Origin: Camelus ferus
Lineage: Eukaryota
Length of the DNA: 64,000 nucleotides
Reading direction: 5' to 3'
NCBI RefSeq assembly: GCF_009834535.1
Contig: NC_045696.1
Coordinates: 116,934,001 to 116,998,000, forward strand
Part shown: positions 39,954-52,962 of the stretch, piece after piece
How the letters are laid out: every line of letters begins with the position of its first letter
Numbering within the stretch: the stretch's first letter is position 1
Notes under the pieces: model-generated
What the model was told of the DNA's origin: nothing
Databases searched by the model: none
What the model saw: the letters and a program-made list of their open reading frames with translations, nothing else
Translations under genes and position numbers: made by a program

Positions 39954-42094
39954 CACTGTGGTCAGAGGGGTGGGGATCATGGACCTGCAAGTCTATCAAG
40001 AACGGCTGGTAAATACTGAACACAGCTGGGAATTCCTATTACGAACATCTGCCCTTTCAGGCAAACGTGGCAGTGCTTGAATTTCCTCCAAAGTTACCTG
40101 CATAAAATAAAGAAGCTTCCTGCCCAATGCAGACGGGGGCCTAGCCTGCCTCGGCGAGCCCCAGGATCTCTTTCTTTTTTTTCTCCCTTCCCTTTCCAGC
40201 TTTCAGTGGAGAAAATGGACCCCAAGAGCCAGCAAGCGAAATGAAAGGGCAAACTTCAATGGGAAAGTGATAATTCAAGTTGTTCGTGAATGACAGGTGG
40301 ATCCAGCAGGTCCACTCAAGACAGACACATTTTATTAGCAAACCTGCTCACTCCAATTACCAGAGGCCCTAGGTTTCTGAGCCCATACACGGTTCATCAC
40401 AAGCGTGCCCATTATCCCAAATTCCTATTAATTTCTCAGTTCCCGGTTGGATTCAGCTGCCGTCAGAAGCACATTACTATTTGCAACTGCTGACACTCTG
40501 TAGGGATGGCTAATAATTTCATTGAACGGTGGAACAGGAAAGATGGGAGTGAATTTGCTGCAGTGGCACTTCATCCAGCCACACAGGCGGCAATGCCGAA
40601 ATGAGTGGAACCATCTTCTGAAGTGGGGTAGATGGCCTCTCTTTAGAAAGGAGGGCTTATCAGTGAGACCACCAGTCCCTTATTTCATGGTTGGTTTTTT
40701 GAGCAAGGGAGAGAAGTGGTGAAACTTGTCAAGTAATTGCTACCAAATGGGCTTAGAGTCAACCAGGCAGCACTGACTGCACTGAGAAGCTCCCAGTGGG
40801 GTCAGCATGAGATGGTCAAAGAGCAAACCACGGAACCGAATTACATGTTGGGATGACATGAAAGGGACAGTTAAATCCAAGACTCGTTGACATGCCTGCT
40901 GACCCTTTCACTCTGTGTTAGGGCACCTGAAAACTGAATGAGCTCAAACAAGTGGCTCTCGTGCAGTATTGGCCCAATTATCTTTCAAGGTTTACCCGCA
41001 CAACCTCACCTGTAAATCTGGGTCCTCCTAGTTCTCCTGGGTCCCTGTGGCCTTCCAACCACCACATCCCACCATCCCAGTTCATGTCGGTGTGTGGTGG
41101 AAGGAGGTAAAAATAAACCTGCTGCTCTGGCCCCCAAGAATAAAGGGCACACAAGTGTCAAGTTGTCACCTTAGTTCTGGAATCTTCGTGAATGTCAGAG
41201 CCGAATTCCCAGGGCATGGAGAACTAGTCTACCCCAAATAAATATGCCTGGAGAAAAGCAGCATGATTTAGCTAAACAAGCAGACTCGCTGCAGGACCTG
41301 GGACGGGAGAGCTCCAAGCGGAATGCTGGTGCTCCAGGCGGGATGCTGGTCCTCGCTCTGTGTGGAGGAGAGAGGAGGAAGCAATATGAGCCAAGGCAGT
41401 AACAGCAAAGTGTGGGCACCTCCACGGAGCAGGTAATGGGTCTGTGGGCCTCCGGTAACACTGGGGCACAGGCCTTGGATATTGTTGAATCAGTAACCAC
41501 AAACTTCACCCTGGACCAACGTCAGACCATCCGCAAGACCAAGATGCTCAGCCTTGAAGGCATATTAGGTTAGAGAGAACATGCTGGGGGTGGGAGAGGC
41601 CCTTCGCCATGAGACAGTGATGGCAAAGAGCACGGGATTTGGAGTCAGACAGACCTGAGGCAACCACCAGCTTCAATACCTTCTAGCAACGTGGCCTGGG
41701 TACAGGTTCCCTAAATGCAGAGCCTGAGACAAGGATTAGGACTTAGTCTACAGAGGGTGGACTCTCATGGAAAGCCTATAAGAAAACGTGATGAGGAGGC
41801 TTGAAAATGGGAGCAAGAGCTGAGAAAGGACCTGGTTTTGGGTGAAGTTCCACCTCAGCCTGATCCACCAGGGAGCGTGGGAGGGTGAACAGAACCACAG
41901 ATCTGTCCCTACCTGAGGTCACGGGAGCTGGCTTATGCCGGTTCGTCACCTGCTCTGGCCTGCAAGTGGAGGGGGAGGATCTGGGACGGTGCTAACCAGG
42001 AGGCGAGGTGGTTCCCACCCCGTGAGGGCAAATATCTGAGGAAGGGGCAGCTGTGAGTTTAGCAGCCATGGGATGGGCCTCTAGCGGTCCGCGC

Positions 42095-42712
42095 CAAACC
42101 TGGATACAGAAATCACACAGCAAATGAAACAGGAAGACTTGAATATAAGTAACAACTAACTGTGATAAAAGTCACTGTAGAGCACCCTGGGGCTGCACCA
42201 AGAATCCAAAGAAGACAAACTTGGAGACAGCGTCGTTGGGGTCACGAGAGAGCAGAGGAGGACACTGGTTTGGCCACTCTGGACATGATCTGGGCTGCAG
42301 GGCAGGCGAGAAGGACTGCACCCTCTCGGGGGTGCGGGTGCAAGTAGGGGAAAATCAGCAAGGGGCCCCTGGGTGTGTGTGCTGGAAATCTGGGTGCTGG
42401 CAGGAGGAGGGGAGGAGGGCGCAAGCCACTTATGGGGCTCTGGTTTTGGGATCAAGAAGGCCGTGGGAAGGTTACGAGGCTAAGGCTGCAGGTTTGTACA
42501 ACCACTGTGTTTGAGGCTGGAAGCAGGGGCGGGCTGGCTTCCACCGCGGTCCTGGCATTCACACTGCCCTCCACCAGGACCGCCCTGCATGGGCAGGAGA
42601 GCGTCTTCCTCCCGCAGAGCCCCCCCAGCGCCCTCTACTGGAAGTCCGTTAGCACAGAGCACAGAGGAAACTGCATTCTAAGCCAAGAAGTAACAACTTG
42701 ATAACTGACCCA
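42095..42712 (-). mobile_element. ERVL-type LTR (LTR41-like)
   Basis: 'ttcctcccgcagagccccccccagcgccctctactgg...gaaa' resembles recalled LTR41-group sequence. Family assignment is uncertain. Confidence 0.4.
42626..42641 (-). promoter_or_regulatory. CTCF core motif
   Basis: The reverse complement CCAGTAGAGGGCGCTG fully matches CCASYAGRKGGCRS. Confidence 0.55.
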
Positions 42713-43989
42713 GTCAATCGAAGGGGGTCTGGATGGGGCACCAATACCCACTCTCCACAGTGTTCTCCTCTAGAAAATAAGGGTAAAGTACACCTCTAGG
42801 TATACTACAGGGATATAGTATATAGTTGTGCAGATAAAAGGAGATCCCCTCCAGTGTCTAGCACAGTGCCTGGTATACAGTAAGCACTTGACGAACAGTA
42901 CCAGTGGCTATTGGTACTGTCATCATTACTGTGTGATGACAAGGCATGGAAAGCTCCCATGGAAATGGCGGGTTGCTCCTCTCCACTTCCTCTGAGAAGT
43001 GCCAAGCGCCCAAGTTACCCCCAGCACCACTGAGAAGAGGGCTCACCAGAGACCAGTCTGCCCAGAGCCGTAGATGTGAGTCTCTTCTTAGGTCTCCTAA
43101 CAGGTCATTTAGTCCCAGTAGGATTCCCCAGGTAAAGACAGTAAACAGTTTCCAGAGGGAATCTCTGGCTGTGTAAAGGTTTATCCTGACCTCTACATCC
43201 CTCAGCATGTTTAATCAGAGGTTTATCTTACGAAGACATGATCGAATTTGCAGATACACAGACTGAAGTGAGCACGAATACAGACAGATGTGAGACAAAA
43301 GAATAGTAAGAGGGCAAGCATTGCCCAAGAGTAGCAAAATAATTATTAGTTAAATTTTTTTTAGTGATGTTCATTATGTCACCACGATGACAACAGCTCT
43401 TGAGCTTGCACTCTGTGCTAGGATGGCACTAAGCACGGGACCCAAGTCCCCTATCATCAGAACACCCCTACGAGGTTGCTGTTATTGTCGTCCTCGTTGA
43501 GGGGCTAGGCAAGGTCAAGAGAGGAAGCTGACTTGATCAGCATCACACAGCTGTGCCAGTGATGCTAACCCAGGTCTCTCTGCTTCCGGAGGCCAGGCTC
43601 TTGAAGCGCTACTGTATTGCAATCAGAATCACGTGGCTTCCACATGTGGCTCTGCTCCACCACGCCCTGACAGTATGCACAAGTTGCTTAACTTCTGGAG
43701 TCTTCAGTTTCCTCATTTGCAAAAGGAGGACAATCGTAGCATTTCCCATAGAGTCATTGTAAGGATCAAGGGAAATAATATTGTAAAACACTTGGCAGGG
43801 CAATGGCCATAGAAGAGTTCAGTAATTAGGAACTGTGGCTAATATTAGTAATCATCATCGATTCACGCAGGATGGCAAGAACCCAAATTCAAAAAGATTT
43901 TGCCAACTTGGCAAATAAAGGCAAGTTCCTGCACAGGGGTGCCAGAAACAGCACAGTACAAGACCTGGCTAAATGGCAAAGTTAAAAGA

Positions 43990-45020
43990 GAAATTCATTA
44001 GTAAATACCTATCGATTGCACTGATATTTTGCAGGCGCTGTCCTAGGTGCTGAGGAAACGTCAGGGAACAACAAAAATAAAATACACATTTGTGGGACAT
44101 GCAAAGGATGAAAAAACAAACACATAAATGTACAGTTTGTCAGGTGGTGATAAATGTTATGAATACAAGTTAATCAGAGTATGAGGATAATTAATGGGAG
44201 AGGCAGGGATCAGCAAAGGCTTCCCTAATAAGAGGAGGATAGATGTGAGTGAGTGTGGGCATGTCAGAGAGAAAAGTGTTTTAATCAGAGGGAACCCCAA
44301 GTCATGCGGCTGGAGGTGAGAGTTCCCAGGGTGTGCTGGAGGGACAGTTGGGAAGCAGGGTGCCTAGAAAAGACTGAGTGGAGGGAAAGGAGTAAGAGAG
44401 AAAGTCAGAAAGAAAGCAGGGGCTTTCAGATCATGGTGAGTAGCTTGCAGACCACAGTGAGGGTTTTGATATATGTTCCAGCCACTGTGGGGAGAACAGA
44501 CTATTGAGGAACAAGGAGGGGATGGGGGTCATCATCTGTGCAAGAAGAATGACAGCCTGAACTACCATAGGGAACAGTGGAGTTGGTAAGAATTTGCTGT
44601 ATTCAGGAAGTAATTTTAAAATAGAGCCAATAGGGTAGCTGATGGTTGAGATACACAATGAAAGAGAATACAAAACATCAGGATGACTTCAGGTTACTGG
44701 CCAAAGCAACTGAAAAAAATAAAGTGTCATAACATGACATGAAGATGAGCAGATGGAGGAAGTTTTTTGGTGGGAAGGTACAATCAAGATTTTGGTTTTG
44801 GGTATTAAATCTGAGATGCCTACGAGACATCCAAAAGAAGTCCTGTAAGCAGTTGTACATGAGTCTGGAGTTCAGAGAAGGGTGGCCTAGAGATACAAGT
44901 GTGAAAGTCCCCAGTTTATAGATTTAAAACCTTGAAACTGATAGGATCATGGAAGGAGTGCATGTGGACTGGAAAAGAGGACAGGTTGAAATGGAGCCCT
45001 AGAAAGCTCTGCTGTTTAGA
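43990..45020 (-). mobile_element. L2 LINE
   Basis: 'aggcgctgtcctaggtgctgaggaaacgtcagggaacaa', 'aaatctgagatgcctacgagacatccaaaag', 'gagtctggagttcagagaagggtggcctagagatacaagtgtg'. Confidence 0.7.
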
Positions 45021-46263
45021 GCAACGGACACGACTGCAAGGTTCCATTGCATTCAACAGAAGGAAAGGATGTTCTTTAATTTAAAATGGAATTGATTTCT
45101 TCCAAGATAATGAGTTCCTATTCCATGCTCACAAGGAGCCCCAGTTAGAGCAGTCAGAGATGCTGCAGGGATTCCTATACTGAATGGGAAGAAGGGGTAC
45201 ATCACCTGCAAGCTCAAAGGCATCAACATAGAAGGTCATTGACCAGGAATCCAAAGATCTTCAGTCAAAGGCCCACCTTAACGTGCTCTGTGGCCTGAAG
45301 CAACTCATGAAACCCTCTTAGGCTTCAGCTTCCTCACAGACAAAATAAAGGAGTATAAGATATTCTTTAAAATTCTCTCCTGAGATCTAAAAGTCTATAA
45401 TTACTAGGCACCCTTTTTTTGTGCTATTTAACTCAGATGTTACAAAACCCAGCTATATAAAAAAAAATTCAGAATAATTGAACAAATCCAAAGAGTTGCT
45501 GATTTGCTCAAAATTAATTAATTAGATTCTTGGAATCTGACAAAGCAAAGCCTTTCCACGTAGTTCTTGAGTTGTCTTTGCAGGAGCTCCTGTTCCTAAT
45601 TCCACTCGGAGGGCATGCAGCTGTATTTCTGTGATAAGCCATGGCAGAGCAAGAAAATTTAGCTCAATTCAAACAATATGAGCCTTGACTGATGAAAAAA
45701 GTACAGTGCTGGATGCCGTGGAACATGTGGACACGACTTCTGGGCCCTTTCAATCTGGCTGGTAGTTGGGCAAAGAAACACTTCAATGAAGTGAAGGGGA
45801 GAAAAAAATTACCACCCGGAAATGCATAGTGATGGCTGCAGGAAGTCCAAAGAGGAAATCGGCCAAGTGTTGGAAGGGTGGGCTTAGCCAGAAAAAGCTA
45901 GTGTTCACGTCGGGGCTGGGAGATGAACAGGGTTTCCAGGCACAATGAAAATAGGAGCTTTGGAATCCAGTAGGTCTGGGTTCCAAACCCAACTCTATTA
46001 ACTATCAGCTGTGTGCCTTTGGTAAGATTCTTCACTCCTAAACTCAAGCTAAGTAACTTCCTCTTAGGGTCAATGTGATCATTATAACGTAAGATAATAC
46101 AGTACTTGGCATCTGAGAAGGAATCAATAAACCATAATCATTAACAACTGGGTAATGAAAATGGTGATGGAATTCCAAGAAGACACAACAGGATCCTGAC
46201 CTGCTCACAACCTCTCTTTCTAATCTTATTCTGGCTACTTCCCACTATGACTGTCCTTGTTAT

Positions 46264-46747
46264 TGAGACAGAAAGGAAGGGGACAGGACACAATCATTAA
46301 AAGAATGACACAGCCATTGAGGATATGACATAAACTGGTTAGAACCAACTAGGCCCAAGATGGCAGAAGATTCAACTTCCAGTAGACCTTCAGCCTCATC
46401 ATAGACTCATTACAGTAAAATTAGCCTTGCAGATTAGAAGCACCCATCAAGCACTGATGCCATGACACCTCCAATCAAGAGAACCAAAATACCTCCTCCC
46501 TTCAGGAAGGTGGAGTTGGGAAGAAAATCAGGAAATATGTCACCAAATTCTTCCCTCTCCAATATTTTGCCCATTCATTTTTTACACCCCCATACAACCA
46601 ACTTGCCAAAGAAACTCAGCACAGCTACTCACCTGAGTCTGCCTGCTCTCCCCTTGAGAGCATCCTATCATTTAATAAATCCTCACTCTACTTTCTTGAC
46701 CTCTGAATTCTTTCTGTGATGAGACAAGAACCTACTCTCCAGTAAAA
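46264..46747 (+). mobile_element. ERV1 solo LTR (cetartiodactyl MER41-like)
   Basis: 'tgagacagaaaggaaggggacaggacacaatcattaaaagaatgac...aactggttagaaccaactaggcccaagatggc'; aataaa at ~46674; 4-bp TSD ttat at 46260-46263 and 46748-46751. Confidence 0.8.
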
Positions 46748-47995
46748 TTATCACATGGAACTACTTACCATCCCAAGTGTAACTTATATTGAAATTCATG
46801 TTCTCCCCAATTCATTCATATTTCACCCAAACAAATTCTGCCCTATCTATGTAACACCTGTAATATTATTTCCCTCTACTTTTCCTTAGCTTGTCTAAGT
46901 TTTCCCTTAAATACATTTATTTGAATAAAACATTGTATACCACAATTTTAAATGAAAATCCAGCGTTACTTTCCATAAGAAGAACAGAATTAGAAAATAA
47001 ATGTAATCTGAAAACCATTTAATTGAATTATAGTTACTGTTGTCCTCAGCCCCTACAGTCTCTGTGTTAAAGAACAGGGAAGGGGAAGAGGGACTGGTTA
47101 ACTAGCAAGTAAGGAAAGGGGTTAAGGATGTATTAGCATCAAGCTGAGGCCCCTTTCTACCCCTAAATTAAGTACTGAAAGACAACTGGAAAGAAAAAAC
47201 TTTCTCACATGTGGTTCAATCTTACTTAATGTTACATCTGTACATTGTGCACATCAGCAGGGGTACAGAGCCTTTGAGAAATACTGCCTTCGGTCACACT
47301 ATCCTGCTGTCTCTGCTTATCACAACTTTTCATGACTTTCAATGCTCCCTAGACCCCCACCTCCTCCATGGAGTCTCCCCTGATTATCAGAGTAAGCTCT
47401 CTGCCTTTAAATCAAAGCCCTTGGTGTTTAGAAAACCCATATGGAAATAAATCATGCACTTCCTCTTAATGGCTGTTCTATGAATGTTATACTGGCAATT
47501 TGCTCTTGCTTTTTTTTTTTTTTTTTTTGATCATTGTATACATATATTTTTACCCCTCCCCCAACATAAGTCATTTTGAGTGGAGAATCTGTCTTTTCCA
47601 GCCATGGAATCTTACTGATACAAATGGTAGGCAAGGCGCAAAGTATATAGAATAAATGACTAAAAAGTGTGGTCAATGAAAGCAATGAAATTAGACAATG
47701 GAGATAATCTAGATGAAGACTGAGACTAGTGATATTAATGATGCATTTTGGAAATAAAAATATTTGACTACTGGGTGGTAGGGAAACGTTTTCTTGAGAC
47801 GGATTTAGTTGCCAGCCCAGAGAAAGGAAGCTGTTACCACAAATATCAGAACGTCACCATGATTCCCAGGTCCAGCAGCAGCAGGACTGTGACCAGGCGG
47901 TGCCGTCAAAGGACGCCACCTCCATCGTCTTGCCAGGGTCCTTTTTCTCATCTCTCATTTGACTCCCTGGGAAACATGAATATCTCCTCTTTGGA

Positions 47996-48021
47996 TGTGT
48001 GTGTGTGTGTGTGTGTGTGTG
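47996..48021. repeat. (TG)13 microsatellite
   Basis: Directly visible. Confidence 0.95.
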
Positions 48022-48523
48022 TTAATGACTTTTTTTACAGATAGGTACATGAAACTTAACCGGCTGCAACCTTTCCTCAACGTGTCAGAACCCAGGACAG
48101 CGGACTCTCAGGAGGAGAAAGACAGACAGCCTTGAAGAAAGCAATGTGGAAAACATCGGATCCCACAAAAGAAGGTAAAGTAGTCAAATGAATCCTCTCT
48201 TGTCCGTCTTACACCTCACGTGAGGTTGGGATACCCAGGAGAAGACGGCTTTACGCAGCTGGTGGCAGGGCTCTTGCTTGCTTTCTACTAAGGCTTGTGT
48301 AATAATCAGGACATTAGTCATCACAGAGCTGGGTATGTGGTCTGAAAGCTTATAATTTCATTTCATGCATGTGGGTAATGTCACGTTAGGGAAAATAAGA
48401 TAATGGGAAAAGAAAGCAAGGGGAAGAAGAAAGGAATCGTAATTGAGGGCCCAGGCCTGGGGCCATGCCTTGTCCCTCTCTCTCCACTTTAAAACGTTAG
48501 AGGCTTTCTTAGAAACAGATGGG

Positions 48524-48727
48524 GCAGATACACACTACTATATATAAAACAGATCAACAACATGGTCCTACTGTATAGCACAGGGAACTTTATTCAATAC
48601 CTTGTAATATCCTATAATGAAAAAGAATATGAAATATATGTATGTATAACTGAATCACTATGCTGTACATCAGAAATTAACACAACATTGTAAACTGATT
48701 ATATTTCAATTAAAAAAAGAGAGAGAA
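48524..48727 (+). mobile_element. L1 3'UTR end
   Basis: L1 3'UTR; TSD agaaa(c/t)agatggg at 48511-48523 and 48728-48740. Confidence 0.9.
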
Positions 48728-49694
48728 AGAAATAGATGGGAAATTCTAAAAGGGACTTTTGTTAGAACAGGGAGTGATCTCAGAGATTGCCTAGTTCAAA
48801 CTCCATATTGTACAGGCAAACCAAGAAAAGACCAGAGAGGAGTGTAAAATGTCTCGGATCACTTGGCAGCTTCTCGCCAAGGGAGGTCTGGCGTGCAGGT
48901 CTCTGGAGCCGAATCTCTAACCTTGGCCCCTCCAGTGCTTCCCCAAAGAGTTCTCTTCTTGGAGCATGAAACCTAAAGCCTCCTCCTCCACGTCAGCCCA
49001 GGCTGTCGTAACAGCGAGAAACAGGCGGTGGTTGCACAGGCGACAGGTAACTCATCAGATGCCTGCGGCTCTCCCACGAGTCTTTCTGCCGGGACTTTAG
49101 CAAACACATGGCTCACGTCTGTGACTTCTCTGCTCAGCACTGGGGGTGAACCCCAGTCCTCACTTCTCTCAAGTCACACACCACCATCAAACATCCATCT
49201 CCCTAAGCCAAGCTGGTTTCTGTTTCAAATTCTGTAGACGGACTGTGCTTTGTACTGAGAGCAGGTGTGGAGACACAGTCCTTTGCTCACTTCTGCAAAG
49301 GAAAGTTCAACCTCTTGGATAATTTAAGACAGTCCACCTGACTGGTCTGAACGTTTTTCAATGTCAGCCAATCTCCGGGTAAGTGTTAAGTAACCTTCCA
49401 AACTCTCGAAGGTTAAATTAGCTTTGCTGGCAGGAACCTCCTCTATTTTAAAACGGTGGAAGTCTTCTCTTAAATATCTCAGCATTACTTTCTAGATGAA
49501 ATCTACTCCCTTGACCTCAGGAAGGACAATGACATTATGCCCAAGACATACAAATGATTCTCCTAAATGAAAAATGCACCTTTTAGTGATTTATATTCAT
49601 TAGTAAATGAACTTCTAGACACAAAAGAGATTATCAGTTTACTTGTGATGGCAATCACAATGAATCTCTTTAAGTAAAAAGGCACATTGCTTTA

Positions 49695-49906
49695 TTTTTT
49701 ATTTATTTTTTATTATTTTAATGTATATATTTTTTATTGAAGTACAGTCAGTTTACCATGTTGTGTCAATTTCTGGTGCACAGCACAGTGCTTCAGTCTT
49801 ACATATACATACATATATTCGTTTGCATATTCTTTTTCAGCATAAGTCATTACAAGCAATTGAGTGTAGTTCCCTGTGCGCTACAGTATGAACTTGTTGT
49901 TTAGCT
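49695..49906 (-). mobile_element. Camelid L1 3'UTR end
   Basis: 'ttttattgaagtacagtcagtttaccatgttgtgtcaatttctggtg'; decayed TSD ca(c/t)attg(c/t)tt. Confidence 0.85.
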
Positions 49907-50029
49907 CATATTGTTTAAATGCCAAAGAAAAACCTATTGCCAGAACAGGAGAAGTATAAATATATGTAAAAGAAACATACATTTTATTTTGAAATGAAGA
50001 CATAAATAAATATATATTTTTAAGTCCTT

Positions 50030-50133
50030 TCTTTTTATATTTTTATTGAAGTCTAGTTGATTTACAGTATTGTGTTAGGTTCAGGTGGACAGCAAAATGA
50101 TTCAGTTCTACATATACATACATCTATCTTTTT
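50030..50133 (-). mobile_element. Very short L1 3' end
   Basis: 'ttttattgaagtctagttgatttacagtattgtgttaggttcaggtg'. Confidence 0.7.
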
Positions 50134-51029
50134 TAAGACCGTTCTTTAAGGAGCCATGTCCCTACTACTGCAAGTCTCAAAGGACTGAGTGAAAAATTGT
50201 TTTGCCCGAGGCAGACCTGTGGTTCTGCTTTCTGAACAACGGAAGTATGGAAAAACACCTCCAGGGTCCAAAAATGTTGAAGATCTGATGTCTCTGGATC
50301 TTTTGTGCTAACCCTGAGTTCCTCCAAGTGGCAAATTCAATTCCCCTCTTCCCATCTCCCATTCATAGAAGAGGAGTCTAGTACAAATGGGGAAAACAAA
50401 GTTCTCTCTGGGACTATTATCAGCATCAAATAAAAGAGGAAGAAGACCACCTCCCCTACAAAGCCTCCTTTGACTTTCCTGGAGGTCAGGGATCTCTCCT
50501 GTCCTTAGACACCTTCTACATGAATAACTGAGTGGTGGGTGGACGGAGGGGTGAGCGGGTGGGTGGACGGAGGGGTGGATGGAGGGGTGAGTGGGTGGGT
50601 GAATGCATGGATGGACAGTTTTAACACTGTATTCTCTTAATCTGTCTTTTGGTCTCTTTATGACCACCTACTGATTAATAAGGCTAGTAAACACTTTTGG
50701 TACCTCATTACTTGGTCTGCTTGTATGTGCACTTGCCCTCCATTTTGATAAGACTCAGGATGACTACATGCAGAGACTCAGGAGCATTTGAATGAACTGT
50801 TCATTATTTTTGAAGTTCATTATAGCATCTTGGTTTCATGCATAATCTCTTTTAATTCCTCACTTACAATTTGGTATGATTCTCCTCCCCAGTACCTATT
50901 TGTTCTCTCAACCAATTTAAAATGTTTTGATTAAATAATTTTAAAATTTATTTTGGCCAATATATGAATTTTAAAAAGAAAGAAAACCTGACAATAATTT
51001 GCATGATAATAATGGGGGTTCTTTTAATC

Positions 51030-52962
51030 CCCTTTTAGAACTCTGCCTTTCTTTATTTGTGGCATCAGGTGCCATAGTTTAAAGCTACCATTTGCAATTT
51101 CAAGTCAACTGATAGTAGACAGCTTTCAGGGTATCCATGCAGCCACATCTAAAACTGTCCCATTGTGGAGAGGGATGGGCTCTAAAGCCATGTGTAGCTG
51201 ATGGAATTCCCTTTCCAAGACAAATGATGATGGCAAAGAGGAGAGACAGAGGAGCCACCTCAGTTCACAGCAGAATCAAGTTCCTGGAATGTCCTTCCCT
51301 CCCTTCTTTTATCTGGTTAATTGTCACATATCCTTTCAACATGAGCAGGGAGACCATATAATTTAGCATGCAAATCAGGGTATATTTAAGAGTGAATGGA
51401 AGCAATAAAAATAATGAAATTGTATCATTTAAAAAAATATTTAACAACTGACAATTTGGTTTTAATATCTTGGTAAGTCAGTAAAATGTTCTATTCAATA
51501 GCCATTTTCAAAATAAAATTCTTTAAAAAATAAAAATAGCACCTATCTTTTGTAGTAAAACATCCTTAAAATACTTCTTCACTTCCAGACTCTGATAGTT
51601 GTACTGATTTTATCAGAGACTGTTTTTGATTGTAGAAAGTATACACTGAAGTAGTTAAGAATTAAAAAAAAAAAAAAAGACTGCAAAGCTCTATAAACTG
51701 TTTAGAAACAACGTAAGAAGAAAAATATTCATGCATGTATTCAGGTACTTTAAACAGGTTCTTACCCATACCCATCTCTACTAAAATGTCACTAGTATTT
51801 GGAAAATGCATTTTTTCAATATGGTCCTGTTATTTCTTTTCTTTCTTTCTTTCTTTTTTTTTTTTTTTTGGTAAAATTATCTGCAAACTTCTTCAAAGAT
51901 GCATTTTATGGATAATAAATAAGAAATTATGGGCATTTCAATTGGCTCTTTTTTTGATAAACCATACAATTTTTAAGTGAAAAATTATTCCCTAAGTGCT
52001 AAGGTAGCTGGTAAGCTAAAAGCAAATCCTGCTATATGAAGTATAATTTCAATATCTATAAGTACATTTACATGTTTCAGTATAAGTTTTAATATAAAAC
52101 ATGTAAATGTTCTTATAGATATTGGGGGTTTTGTGTTTTTATATGTTATAAATGTCTTTGCCAATCATTTCTATGTGATACAATACATCAAAAAGTCAAC
52201 TCTATTATGATTCTTTGAATGTTTAGGAAAATTGAAATGCTTCAAAATATCTAAATATATTCAAAGTGAGCAGTGCCAAGAAAACATTTTTCCATAACTC
52301 AAGACATTCCAAAGTGCAATTCCAAAATTCCAAAATTAAATCTTTTATACCAGTTGAGCTCTTGTTATTTAATTTGTTTAGCTTCTCCTTTTGTAAGGAT
52401 CCCTTTCAATATGTTCCTGTTTGCAAGCATTGTTTGCAGTAATTACAGTGCGCTACAAGCTCTAAATATGAATATTTTTGCCACTCCATCCTTTGACTAC
52501 TTTGATTCTAAATTTCTAACTAATTCTGAACAACATGCAAACAGAATTTGAAGTGGACTCTGTTGCTTCTTCAGCAAATTTGCATTTTCTGGGTCATGTG
52601 ACACATCTACGGTCTCCATAATGGATTAGAAATATCAACAAACTTTTTGTGCAAGTCACAAGTATATCATCAACTTTTTAAAAGAACTGTAAATCTGGTA
52701 CTTAACATCTCATTAAACATTCATTGCATTTTTCCTGTGTTATTGCTGCCAAAGAGGTTTATCCCAAAACAAAAAAAACTTTTCCAAACCATGCATATAG
52801 TTGCACATTTAAACCATCCAATAAAAGACAAAAATACTACAGACTGGATTGCTCATCCTCTATTTTGTGTACACATTTTCCAAACCCTGAGCCAAATTTT
52901 CCCCATTTCCTTCTAAGCCCCATCACTGGTGTTCTGGCAGCTTTGTGACTCTCACACAGGAG
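51030..52962 (-). other. Putative 3'UTR of the minus-strand gene
   Basis: AT-rich, nearly repeat-free sequence after the stop. Candidate poly(A) signals on the minus strand: AATAAA at 51052-51057 and ATTAAA at ~52088-52093. The true end is unknown. Confidence 0.4.

Larger units (their letters stand above)
41693..42760 (-). mobile_element. MaLR LTR (MLT1J-like) inserted in a MIR and interrupted by a second LTR
   Basis: 'gttccctaaatgcagagcctgagacaaggatt', 'cctcagcctgatccaccagggagc' and terminal 'ggtctggatggggcacca'. Confidence 0.55.

Noticed and set aside
46490..46545. Interferon-inducible GAS/STAT1 enhancer in the MER41-like LTR
   Set aside because: Only TTCAGGAA (2-nt spacer) and ATCAGGAAA are visible; no intact TTCNNNGAA.
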